Origin: Octopus vulgaris
Lineage: Eukaryota
DNA length: 64,000 nt
Reading direction: 5' to 3'
Assembly (NCBI GenBank): GCA_951406725.2
Contig: OX597836.1
Location: forward strand, 2,232,001-2,296,000
The stretch's first letter is position 1. Every line of letters starts with the position of its first letter. Of the stretch, positions 25,026 through 38,180 are shown one piece after another. The position numbers and the translations under genes were made by a program. Under the pieces are notes generated by a model. It saw only the letters and a list, made by a program, of their open reading frames with translations, was not told the origin of the DNA and ran no database searches.

Positions 25026-25642
25026 ATGTGATTTCTATGTTCTTAATTCAAATTCCAGATAGTTCGAAATTGACTTCCATCCTTTCGATGTCGAAAAATG
25101 AAATACCTGTGAAATATTGGGACGATAACATGGCCTCGTCCTCACCTCCACCCTTCAAAAACAATTGAGGCCTTGTAACTTTAGAAGAACGGATTACTAT
25201 TATTGTTGCTATTATTGTCATTATTACTATTATAATCATCCACATTATTGTTATTATTATTATTATTATTATTTTGCCGATGATGACGACGATGATGATG
25301 GTGATGATTCTTTGTATCATTTTATCAAGAATCTTTTTATCATTTCCGACCTGTATAAATTGCCACCACTTACAATAGAATATGTTGTAAGAAGAATTAA
25401 ATTGCCATCGCACAATTCGCTGTAATAATTTCCATAGAGTATATCTCTGAGAGAGAATTCGGTCTACAGTCAGAATATCATATACATAAATTTCTATCAT
25501 CTCTGTATTCTTGACACATTTATAAACTCGTTTCCCAGAAGAATTTCATGGACATCATTCAAGAGTTTACGAAAAATAAAGAGACAGCGTATATGTATAC
25601 ATACAGATGTAAATAAATGTATATATATATATACAAATATAA

Positions 25643-25682
<40 letters not shown>

Positions 25683-25699
25683 GAGAGAGAGAGAGAGAG

Positions 25700-25743
<44 letters not shown>

Positions 25744-26439
25744 GCGTGTAGTTATGCGTGTGATTATGAATTGCTCTGTATGTACGACTCTACTGACGAC
25801 AAAATATGTTGAACTTCAAACAATATCCAGAACTTCAGCCGATGTACCTCACACCACGACACTGCCTGCATAGAAATAAAATTACTAACCCCAATATCGA
25901 TTATCAATCACGCACCTACCTCACTGAAGCCCCATAAAACTGACCGAAAATGATTGCAGTGTACATACCATGCATATAGGCATGCGGTGCTTGCACTTGC
26001 ACAAAGTTTTAATTAAATTATACAGGGCCACTAACGTAAAAAAATGCCACAATCTCCGACATAGACAATGATGCATAACAGACATGCGGAACCAATAAAT
26101 AAAATAAAATTAATTCATGGAAGAAGAAAAAGAAATTTATGTAATCAGATTAAAATGAAAGGAAGTGAGCAATTGAAAGAATCCCTCCCCACCCGATTAC
26201 AAACAGTTTCATGCATTGAGCCCGATCCATAGGGAAGAGTATGGTTACATTATGCTGCATGAGTGCGTATCAGTGTGTGTCAATGGATGTCTGTATGTAT
26301 ATATACATATATATACTTTATTATTAAACCTTTTGCAGCTTTAATAATAAAACGTATTACTCTACACCCGATGTTCTAGCACAATTTTTCCCACTTGTTT
26401 CATATCAACGGGCTTACCCTAGTTTCCTATCAATGCATC

Positions 26440-26507
<68 letters not shown>

Positions 26508-26538
26508 TACACACACACACATATACATACACACACGC

Positions 26539-26578
<40 letters not shown>

Positions 26579-26645
26579 GCATATATATATATACATATTT
26601 ATATATATATATACATACATATACATACACACGCATATATATATA

Positions 26646-26682
<37 letters not shown>

Positions 26683-28880
26683 ACCTCCACGCTAATATGG
26701 TTTAGTGAGAGTGTGTGATCAATACGGCATTGGTAGATAAACATTATTTGTGGGTTCGCAAGAAATCTTTTTACCATTATCAAGTTTGCCACATGGGAGC
26801 GTTGTCACGCTCTTCCTATTCGGAATGAGACAAACACCAACGTTCCTATGTGGCAGGATAGATAATTGTTAAATGATTCCTCTTTATCTGAAGCCTATTG
26901 CTGCGGCCTAAACACAAACATTATGTACATATGCTCGATTCACATACAAGGAAAACATTCTTTTTATGTAATTGCCCGTAATAAACACATTTCTTCATAA
27001 TTAATTTGTTAGTTAAGTTATATAATTTACTCAGTTATTGTTAAATTATTTTGTCACACATCAACGCATGTTACTTCGAATTTGTATATTTAATAAGCAG
27101 TCTCATAAAACTCGTTGAATTTTTGACATTCTTGGCTTAAAGATGATTCATTTGCTTTCCACATCATAACATTCAGCTGGACACACACACACTCACACTC
27201 TCGTTGGCTTGTCAATATATTTGCGGTGAATATTTTGCGGTAGTTTACTTGTTATCTCCAAACGTAAAGGTTCATCAAGAGACATTCGCCTCAAAGCCTT
27301 CGCATTTGTTTGTTTCTTTTCTGTTTTCAATATTTCATTTTCTACGTGAATTTTGTGGACTTCCATTATTCCCTATATCGCTGAATCATTCCATTTCTAC
27401 TTCAGAATCGAAAAATGTGTGTTTGGACTCGAATTTTCCTTTAGTATTTATCTGAGGGAATTCAAATCAATGCTTCCCAGATTTTGACAATATGTAGGAA
27501 ATCAACATAGTTGAAACTATATGTATCATTTTCCATATATCCACACACGAGATGCAGTGTAATGATGTCCGTCACCGGGTCACATTGTCGAGCACGACAA
27601 TTTTAACACTACATTGCAAAATCTTTAAATAAACTTAACAGTCTTTATGTGTTTCTGAACGGCAAATATCTCTCTTCGACGCAGTATGTTTCTTGGAAAC
27701 GTCTCATTTTATCTCTTTCATTACCTGCATGTCTCCAATCACAGATAAAACTACAATTAAATATAATTTATTAATTTCCATTGTCATATTTTCCCAAGCA
27801 TAACGTTTCGCGCTCTGCATTTTTTAATGACTTCATAAAAATGAAAAAGTCTGAGCTTAAGAATGATTTTTTTAAAAATTCTTTCTAGAAGCCCGATGCA
27901 TCATCTGGAGTATCGTAATATTCTTTACTCGTAAATAACGAAACGAGTTAAAACATGGAACTTTTCATTTCCTTATTCAGTCTTAAATAATTTACATCTG
28001 TTGCCTATGAAAATGGAATCTTTCCTCCCATACATACATATATGCATACATGCGTACATACATACATACATATATACTTGTGTATATACATATATGTAAA
28101 TGCAGGCATACAAACATGAATACATATATACACTTATATCGATATCTATATATCTTTATCTATAAATGTATGGATGTATACATACATTATATATATATAT
28201 ATTTGTGTGTATATATATGTATAATCATACATATACAAAATGGACAGACACGCGCACATATATATATATATATATATATATGCATATATCATCATCTTCA
28301 TCATCTTAGAACAAAAGAAAACCGCAATGGGTCGAATCTACTCATCAATTCCAGGTGACGGCTGACAGGTAAATTACTTGAAATCGGCAATTTTCGTTCA
28401 GCTGTTTCTATTTTTACGTTTCCATGCTTTTAATGTTCCATTCGGCAAAGGCATTAAAATTTTTTGCCTGATTTCTCTCCCTTCTCTTGTTTGAGAAATT
28501 TTTGGCTTTTAAATTTTAGTTTTTTATTTTGTTGCGTTTCTTATTTAAATGGCTTCCTTATTATTATGTTGTCACTCAACACAGTTGCTTTTTTTTCTTC
28601 TCTCCAGCAAACTTCATAGTTTAAAGTGGCAACAACAACAATACTAACAAGACGGAAGACAACAATAATGCAAAGCCGGAGGATGAGAAGGAAAAGATGA
28701 AGACGAAGAAGAAATCAGAGGTAGAAAGTGACGATGATGATGCTGAAGATGATGACAACGATGACAATGATGATGGTGATGATGATAACAGTAATTGCTT
28801 CATTTTGGTCTCAGAATTCTACACGTTACACATGTTTAGTAAAAGTTACAAATCATAAGCTGATATACATACATACACAA

Positions 28881-28914
<34 letters not shown>

Positions 28915-28983
28915 CCCAGTATTTGTATGAATATAGGTATGCATATATGTGTATGTATATATCTACGTGTATATATGTATGAA

Positions 28984-29024
<41 letters not shown>

Positions 29025-29065
29025 CTGTATACACACACACATATATATATATATGTACACACACA

Positions 29066-29278
29066 CATGGTGGCCTAAATGTAACTTTAAAGTTATTCAA
29101 CTATTTCGTTCGCCTTGATATATTAACAGTACATAACTTAATTATTAAAAAAAACTATGAAACCATCACTCCATACTAATTTACTTTGTGAGGTAGTAAG
29201 TCAAACGTAATAACATTTTTAGAAGGAATTTAAAGTGCCCACACGATAAATGTAAACCTATTTTTGGGCCTCCTTGTA
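29066..29278. mobile_element. Tc1/mariner-type MITE with imperfect TIRs in TA/CA microsatellite
   Basis: Left end cacatggtggcctaaatgtaacttta versus reverse complement of right end tacaaggaggcccaaaaataggttta; the right end finishes ...tgTA. Confidence 0.55.
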
Positions 29279-31408
29279 TACATACATATGTATATATAAA
29301 TACATACTCACACACAAACACACATCTATATATACATAAATATATACATACACACACACACATATATATATATACATAAATATATACATACACACACACA
29401 TATATATATATATACATACACACACAGACACACACACACATATATATAAATGTATACATGCACACAGCCACACATAAATATATACATGCACACAGCCACA
29501 CACACACGTGTGTGTGTGTGTGTGTTGAGCGCTGGGACTCGTAAATAATCAGGTTTGTGATCGGCCCCTGGTCTTTGTTATGTCATGGCATTCAACTTGG
29601 AGATGTCTACATAAATCTCGTTGCTCCACTGGACCGGATATCTTGCACATCGCTTGGCTCTCGGCATTTCGGTAATGCGAGTGAGAGTCGCTGTGATATT
29701 GAGAAAGATGCACTCGACTTATTCGTCCATCAAATCCAAATTTCTTCAAATACAACAGAGCAAACACTGCAGTAATGGAAACAAGGTCTCTGTATTAGTT
29801 TTAGGTTGGTCACTGTTGGAACGCCTTGATCATAACTATGTTATTGCAATAAACACAATCATTAATGCATCAAGCAACGTCACCCCGGCCATTGATTGGT
29901 TCAGTTAATTACCGAGCAGAAACGGTTACAGCTGGAATGTTCATTGCCGTAATTATTCCCGTTAGAGGTTTACAAAGATTTATATCTGGTCGCAGATACA
30001 CAAAATGGTCATGGTTGGGACGCCTTTCATCATATGTTCGTGCTTGAGCCGGTGTGGAACAACATGAATATATGCATGACTAGATGGGTATCATTCAAAT
30101 AAATTTGATCATAAATGTTCAATCAATGTTCATATAAAATGAGAGGGATATGGAACTGATTGAGCAATGAAGTGGCACAAAATATGGAAGATGATGTGTT
30201 ACTAAATGAGATAGAATCAATCAATATCGTATTGATTTACATAGGTTGTTCAATGAACCTATAATATTTCGGGTAAGCCTACCTTTTCCAAGTAGAGAAA
30301 GAAAACAATGAAAAAGGCGCAGAGAACTGTGTTATTCCTGGCAGTAATTTTGTATCCCTACAGTCGTAATACAACACAAAAGGTAATACTTGGAATATCA
30401 TTTCCCGTTCGTTATCCTATGAGGTTGACTTGGAATCAAATACCAATAGCGAAGGGCCATAATTAACCTCTAATAATCTATAAGCTAGAGTGGATGGAAA
30501 ACATTATATCATATTTTGCTTTTAAGGAAATATTTGATAGCTAACTAGATAAAGCATATGTGTATCAGATAATGTCGTCCTATGTACATTGTGCCTACAA
30601 TTGATTGGATTGCTACCAGTGGCATAAATATAATCATAACACTGCTATGAGGGATCAGCAATAATCAAAAATGCATATTTTATAGCGACGTATTTTATGC
30701 AATATGGCAGAGTAAAATATTTTGAAGTTTGAAAGCAATAAAAAAAATAGTAAAACAGGCATGGGTTCACTAAAGATGCACCGACTGCAGATGCATTCCT
30801 AGAATGCAGAATTATACTGTTTAGTGAATACATTGAGAGATGCGTAAGGCAACTGCTACCACAATTTGTAATCTTTCCATTTTATTAATATGCCATTGGG
30901 ACACCAACACAAGTTAGATTAAATAAGGAAACTTGATTGAAAAATAGAAGCCAAAACGTAGCCATTTGTAGCATTTTTTTAAAAAAGCAAATTCAACTCA
31001 TTGAAAAATATAAAGCAAAACTTGACCATTTCTAAAATGTTATTCTATCAAAACAAAATCCTGTTAAATTTATGAAGTCTAATCATTCCCAACATTTTTG
31101 ATTAGCTCCCTTATAGCGAAAAATCCCTGATCTCCGCCTTTTTGGAACTCCCCTACATCACACTATAGCGAAGAGATTACACAATATCAGTGAAGAAATT
31201 TGAGAACTTTGAAAAGAAAATACGAAACCGGTTGTATCTTCCAAAACAGTGACACTACACTCAACATTTTATAACCTTTTCTTAACATGATAATTTAAAC
31301 ATATTCTTTAACGATATAATACAAGTATTCTGTAGTTTTTAAAATTCTATTTTATACATCTAACCGCGTGCTTTCACATACCAACTCTCTCACACATATA
31401 TATACATG

Positions 31409-31447
<39 letters not shown>

Positions 31448-31542
31448 GAATGCATGTGCGTATATATGTAAGTGCTATATATATATATATATTGTTTTGG
31501 GATTGCAACATTCTTTGTGAGTTCGTGGTTTGAAGCGTATTT

Positions 31543-31717
31543 TGTTGTGTCTGGAGAGAGTCATTCTCTTTTAGTGCCTCATCATTTAACACACTCACCG
31601 GTAACGTTTCCATTCATTTAATTATTTACAGAAAAATAAATAAGTAAATGCGTGGAAACTTTACCATTGAGTGTGTTAAATTATAAGGAATGAGAATGAT
31701 TCTCGCCAGACGCAACA
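31543..31717. repeat. Imperfect fold-back element (arms about 65-70 bp)
   Basis: tgttgtgtctggagagagtcattctc...atttaacacactcaccggtaacgtttcca pairs with tggaaactttaccattgagtgtgttaaat...gagaatgattctcgccagacgcaaca. Confidence 0.75.
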
Positions 31718-32349
31718 GTATATATATATATACATATGAGTGTGTGTGTGTGTAAGCATGAATATACACGCATAAACACATATTGTGCGTATATATATAA
31801 ATGTTAGTGTGTCCGCGTGAGTGTGTGAGTATGCATGCATATAAATTTTCGCATAATTAAGCATAAATACTTTGATGACCAAAACTAGGAACATAATTAT
31901 CGGACTAGACTTCTTTGCTGTTCTTTGTTAATGAATACAAAAATACAGAAAACACATAAAAAAAACTAAATACATAAATGAACTTGGAACAGAGAAACGT
32001 CTAAAGAATTTCCCTTTCATCAATCAACCCAACTAAGTCTTCCTATTATTTCCGTGTCGGTCTTTGTACAAATTACAAAAACTAATGAAACAAACAAACA
32101 TTCATTGTTGTCCATTTGATTTCTTTCCTCCATATTCTTTTATGTTTTCTTATTTTGAGTCTCATATCATCACTTTTCTGAGAAATTTGTTAAACATTCG
32201 TCACAATATTTTCTAGGAATTAACAATAGTGATATATTTAAATTGTGTTTTGATTCAGGGTTATTGAAACGGAGCACGATCTTGCAAAAGGAAGTGGATA
32301 TGTTTGGAAACAAGGAAAAAAATGTTGTATATCTACGTAGATTACCAGC

Positions 32350-32353
32350 TTAT

Positions 32354-32392
<39 letters not shown>

Positions 32393-33144
32393 CACAAATA
32401 TAAATATGTATCTATCTATATATCTACATACATATATATATATATACATACAAATATATATATATATATGTATATATATGTATGTATATGTATATATACA
32501 AATATGTATATATTTGTATATATATCTGTATGTATATGTATATATATGTATCTACCCATACATATATATATATATATATGTATCTATATATATACAAGTA
32601 TCTATATATATGTATCTATATATATATGTATATATATATATGTATCTATATATATACAAGTATCTATATATATGTATCTATATATATACAAGTATCTATA
32701 TATATGTATCTATATATAAGTATCTATATATAAGTATATATATATATATATATGTATCTATATATATATGTATATATATATGTATCTATATATATATGTA
32801 TATATATATATGTATCTATATATATGTATATATATATGTATCTATATATATATATATATATATATGTATCTATATATATATGTATATATATGTATCTATA
32901 TATATGTATATATATATATATGTATCTATATATATATGTTATATATATATATGTATCTATATATATATGTATATATGTATCTATATATATATGTATCTTA
33001 TATATATGTATATATGTATCTATATATGTATATCCATATGTATATATGCACATATATATATATAAATATATATTAGTGTATATATATGTATATATTCATA
33101 TGTATATATGTACATATATATATATTAATGTATAAATATATATG

Positions 33145-33183
<39 letters not shown>

Positions 33184-33210
33184 TTATATATATGTGTGTG
33201 TATATATTCT
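32350..33210. repeat. Long (TA)n-derived compound micro/minisatellite
   Basis: Repeated units gtatctatatatat(at)n and acaagtatctatatatat. Confidence 0.95.
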
Positions 33211-33224
33211 TTCTTTTATTTAAC

Positions 33225-33440
33225 TGCGGGCAAATCGACCCCAGGAGTTATTCTTTTTAAGCCTAGTACTTATTCTATCGGCTCTTTTGCACAACCACTA
33301 AGTTACGGGGACGCAAACACACCACTTTCGGTTATCAATCCATGTTGTGGGGGGGGGGGGATATATATATATATATATATGGCGGTACCCCAGCATGGCC
33401 ACAGCTCATTAGCTGAAACTGGAAAAATCAAAATCAAATA
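33225..33440. mobile_element. SINE family B fragment (minus, 33225-33360) plus 60-bp retroposon tail (plus, 33379-33439)
   Basis: Matches 1080-1185 in reverse, and matches the reverse complement of 21381-21445. Confidence 0.7.
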
Positions 33441-33659
33441 TATATATATGTCAGTTCATAAAGGTTCCTTTGAATTGATACGCTGATTTTATAAACGGTA
33501 AGTGAAAATTATGAATAGCATGTGTTGCTAATCCGCAATTTTACAACCTGAAGGCAAAAATATATGTCGCGAACGTGACAAAGGGCCCTAATCAGAACCA
33601 GTATTGCTAGAAATAAGTCATATATTCATACGTACATACATACATGCATGCATGAATGT

Positions 33660-34005
33660 ACAAAGTCGATTCATCCTTTCGTAACTGGTACTTAATCTAT
33701 CGACCCCGAAAGGTTGAAAGGCAAAGTCGACCTTGTCGGTATTTGAACTCAGAACGTAACGGCAGACAGAATACCTATTTCTTTACTGCCCACAAGGAGC
33801 TAAACACAGAGAGGACAAACAAGGACAGACAAACGGTTTAAGTCGATTATATCAACCCCAGTGCGTAACTGGTACTTATTTAATCGACAACGAAAGGATG
33901 AAGGGCAAAGTCGACCTCGGCGGAATTTGAACTCAGAACGTAGCGGCAGACGAACGACTGCCCATTTCGCCCGGCGAGCTGGCGTTTCTGGCAGCTCACC
34001 GCCTT
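33660..34005 (-). mobile_element. SINE family A, dimeric copy
   Basis: Two cores gaaaggcaaagtcgacct...gaactcagaacgta separated by the cacaaggagctaaacacagagaggacaaacaaggacagac block, as at 15300-15370 and 22190-22250. Confidence 0.9.
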
Positions 34006-34539
34006 AATAGAATAAATTCAGTCCGTCTTGATAGAATAATTTCAATTCAATTGTAGGGCTTTAATGAAGACAGCTATGTAAACGTGATTAGAATTTTAAT
34101 GAGCACGCACGATATCGCTAATGATGATACATAGAGAACAATGATACTAAAACTGATGTCACTAATTATATTGGTTAATTTAGTTTCAGAATTTACAATT
34201 TTCATTAGCAATTATTTGTACCATACAAATATAGTTTTATTAAAATTTGTCAAGACTTTCATTAATTTTTCAATACGATGATTAGATTTCAAATCCGTCA
34301 CACCCCGTCTCTCCGCTCACTCCCTCCCTCTCTCTCTCTCTCTCTCTCTGCTTGTCTCTCCCGATCCCTTTCTCTCTGCACACACTCATATATAAAAATG
34401 AAATATAAGCTAAAAATCTATAAAAGATTTTATCAAGTAGCCAGCGTGTAAAACAAATTAAGGTAAAAACCAAAAAAACGTTGTGTCCGTATGGTAGAAG
34501 TGTTTCTATTTCTATGCTTCTGGTTATATTTGCATTCAG

Positions 34540-34581
34540 GAATGGAGACCGTGTCACAGAACTGTCAAGGAAATCTTTTTG
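34540..34581 (+). CDS. Candidate 42-nt symmetric exon
   Basis: Acceptor ...ggttatatttgcattcag, donor TTG|gtatgc, length divisible by 3, all three frames open (xMETVSQNCQGNLF / xNGDRVTELSRKSF / EWRPCHRTVKEIFL). Confidence 0.3.
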
Positions 34582-35007
34582 GTATGCAACTGAGCCCTTT
34601 AAAATGTGTTTTCTTTGTTCAATCCCTCGACTTCAGCGCGTGTGTATATTTGATAAAGTAGTTTGACTTTAACGTCCCTTTCCAGTGTGTGCCTTTACTT
34701 ATAGTAACCGCCCTTAAAATAATAATGTATTTTGCAAAATGATAAAGCTGGTATTATTGTTTAACCTTATATTTTTTCACGCGTTGGTTACGTATATTTA
34801 ATTGATGTATATATGCGAGACATTGGCATCCAGAAGCTACGCAGTTGGCAGGTAAGACTGTGTAAGGAGGACCGTAGTTAGACTCTCCTTTCGAGAATAA
34901 TACGATAATAATGCGCGTCTTGGGTGAGCAAGTATATGATAAAAGAACTGAGGCAACAAAACCAAGGCTGTGTGGAAATTAAAGGACATTTATAAATAGA
35001 AAGGTAA

Positions 35008-35053
35008 TCTTACAGCTATTTCTGGGATATCAGGGTTATCCCTTCATCAGAGA
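35008..35053 (-). ncRNA. Minimal type-I hammerhead ribozyme, third family
   Basis: RNA reads UCU-CUGAUGA-A-GGGAUA-ACCCUGA-UAUCCC-A-GAAA-UAGCUG-UA-AGA: intact core, 6-bp stem II, near-palindromic stem III, GUA site, 3-bp stem I. There is an extra A before GAAA. Confidence 0.65.
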
Positions 35054-35224
35054 CGACAAAAGGAGTTATTTTGGAATAAGGAAGTATAAAGGGATATGAG
35101 AGAATAAAAATATAAAATGTTTTTAAAAATGTGTAGGATGTTACTGTCGTAATGATTCTTGACCATGGTATGGATATTCCGATGGGAATTCATTATTTGT
35201 TATTATAAGAACAACACATTACGG

Positions 35225-35264
<40 letters not shown>

Positions 35265-35343
35265 TTATATATAACAAAGTGGAGTTGTAAGGTACCACAC
35301 GAATGGAATTATATATGAAAGAAGGTTTGAAAATGCAATTTTA

Positions 35344-35400
<57 letters not shown>

Positions 35401-36737
35401 ATGCATGCATTAGGTTTTGAAATAGATGAGTGTATCTCTTTCATCTCACTGTTCAGATATTTCTGTTCCTCTGCTCTAAACAATTTTTGCACAAATTGCG
35501 ACCTATGCTATTTACCTTTTAAGGTGATTTATCTCAGATCTTTGTTTGCTTTTATTCAATCTTCTCCAGTATTGCCTATCTTAATATTTTGTTGCCATCA
35601 TTTTATTATAACAGTTTGTAGAACCATTTTTCCATCAATTTTTAGTCGTACTTCTTGTCTTTCTTTTCTCGTCTGCTTATTCTCTATTTTATATATTTTG
35701 CTTCGTTTCACGCTGGGCTTCCCTCTACTTGTATTAATTTTTCATTATTCTTTGTAAGATCTGTTTTTGTAAATCTATCCGTTTATATTATATAATATCA
35801 TTTCTCCTTGCTTCGTATTCACTGTAAATACTTTTCTCTCTGAGATTTTGGGTAGTGTAATGGAAATGCAGTTATTTTTTCTTATTTTCCTGTCTAGTCT
35901 CAATAAATTTTCTTAGTATCCAGTTTAGTATACTGAATCTATAACTTATTACTATTGGTGAAGCTAAAGAAGTTACACTATTATCTTGCTATTTGTATCT
36001 ATCTATTACAAGAAATAATCTAATGCGTCTATTGTATATTTTGTTACAGTTTATTTGATTTATCAGTACTATAGTCTTTTTTATTATTAATTCCGAAGTA
36101 TTTCTACGTATGTGTTTCATGTAAAATTATTTATCGAACGTGATACACTTGCCGTTTATTAGTTATTCGCATTTCAAGTAGATTTTCTAACCAAACGTAA
36201 TAGAAATCTCCTTAGCGAATACGCAAGAATATTGGCAGTTGTTTAATGTATCTATGAATGGGTTCATATACGCAATATATTCTGTATAAGTATGGTTCTC
36301 TTCAAAAAGGTTTGTCAGTTTTTATTTCATTTGGAAGCCATCACATGCTGGAGTATTTATGGAGTTACTGAGCCCAGATATATTGCTGCGTTGATATAAA
36401 CAGGTGAATTGCGCATGGGTTGCACTGATCTATGGTTCTTGTTCAAATCAAAACACAGTTCGGGTCTTCATTAATTTCTTTTTATGTCAAATCTAGATGC
36501 TGCATTGAAATATTTTAATTACGTTTCAATATTTTCAGTGTTGGAAATATTGTAAGGGATGATTATGACATTCACCCTTTCTAGTTCCGGATTTCTTTCT
36601 AAAATGCTGTACCTCCTTCATCAGCTCCATTTCCACCCTCATCTTAGCAGCCATTGTTATTATATTAACTTTGCCTTCTCATTATTCATTAAAAAAAATT
36701 AAAAAGTAATCGGTATTAGTAATGTTCTTACATAAAA

Positions 36738-37205
36738 TCGGTGAGTTGGCATAATGGACACATGTCAGGAAAAAGCTTTCTCTTATTTATAGATTCTAAG
36801 TTTAAATTCGTCCAAGGCCACTGGACCTTTCATCGATAAGATGAAGCACTTGAAGTACATGTCTATATTGAGTAGTTATTATCGAGTTTTGCCCTCTTCT
36901 CAAATTTATTGGCCTTGTGCCTAAACAGGAAACTATAGAGCAGGAAGAACCGTTACTACGCCGGACGAAATGCTTAGCGACATTCCGTCCGTTTTACGTT
37001 CAGATTTGAAGTTCTATGGAATTCGAATCTACTTTCAACCTCTCGTGGACGATAAATCATGTACCGGTTGAAAACTGAATTTCAGGCCTTGTGCCAATTG
37101 TAGAAAGTATGTTGACTTCCGGGGTCGGTAAATTAAGTACCAGTGGAATACTGAGGTTTATTTAATCGACTGTCCCCCTCCCTACAAATTTCAGACCTTG
37201 TGCCT
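36738..37205 (+). mobile_element. Cluster of diverged SINE family A copies
   Basis: Repeated ggccttgtgcc tails, ccggacgaaatgcttagcg, ccggggtcggtaaattaagtaccag. Confidence 0.7.
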
Positions 37206-37219
37206 TCTTCTTCTACTTG

Positions 37220-37255
<36 letters not shown>

Positions 37256-37819
37256 TAGCTAATTTCGCCGACTCAGTTGTTCTGGCATTTCCAGACATAT
37301 ACCGTTAATACCTACCAAGCAAGCATATTTTTTTCAATTCAGAGATTACAAGCGCAAATTGCACTTCTCTCTTACTGCACTATTCCAATGCAGCCAGAAT
37401 GTCTCCCATATGTATTTTGTCCTTGTTGTATTATGTTTTGAATGTTTGATGCTTCTAAGATAAAGATCTCTGTCTCTCTCTTTTTAGCAAAAGCTTCATT
37501 ATCCGTTCTAGCCCCTTATCACATTAATAACCTTCAGTACCAAACAAAACCTCAAAAAAAAAAAACATATACTCTATACTATTTCTTCAATTAAGATATC
37601 TATTTCTATTGATATTACAAACGCATATATAATTCACACAAAACACTTCCTCCGAATATCTGCCAGCATTTTTCACATTGACTCCTACATTTTTTCAGTC
37701 ATCTTCCATCTTTTCTGCTAAAATAATATCTGGTCACAACAGCCTGGGAATGTATGACTCAAAAAATTGTAAAAAAATCCCTTTGTTCTCTACGTTTTCA
37801 AAGACTTCTTTTGTCCATT

Positions 37820-38079
37820 GTTTGCTCCGGCGTTGTGCAAGATGGCGGATATTGTCCATGTGTTTATAACAATAAGTGAAGTTATAGCATTCGGTTTGAA
37901 ATGTTGTATACTTCATATTATTTGTAAGTATCTCTCACTCGCGTCACACACACATACATACAGACACAGGCATACGCAGACAAATATACAAAACCAGCCA
38001 AGGCAACTGTTTTGCGTTCACAAGAGCATACTCCTCCCGCACGGACCAAAGCACGCACATTCGCACGAGCAAGCGCACG

Positions 38080-38140
<61 letters not shown>

Positions 38141-38180
38141 CGTGCACCGCCAATACTGGAAGCGCATTCGTGTTTAGCTA
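37820..38180. promoter_or_regulatory. Possible promoter-like region (YY1-type motif, CpG-richer flanks, (GA)n tract)
   Basis: caagatggcgg at 37838-37848 matches the YY1 consensus AAGATGGCGG. CpG-containing stretches flank a long (GA)n. No transcript evidence. Confidence 0.25.

Noticed and set aside
32243-33135. Long ORFs of up to 253 aa (YIYI..., also at 54185-54996, 58031-58516, 26395-26792)
   Set aside because: They are translations of (TA)n/(CA)n microsatellites, which lack stop codons and are open in many frames on both strands.
36180-36560. Possible decayed GIY-YIG remnant on the minus strand (FTC...QQYI), and possible LINE remnants at 45400-45800 and 60400-60750
   Set aside because: Motif traces are too short and broken to distinguish from chance without a profile search.
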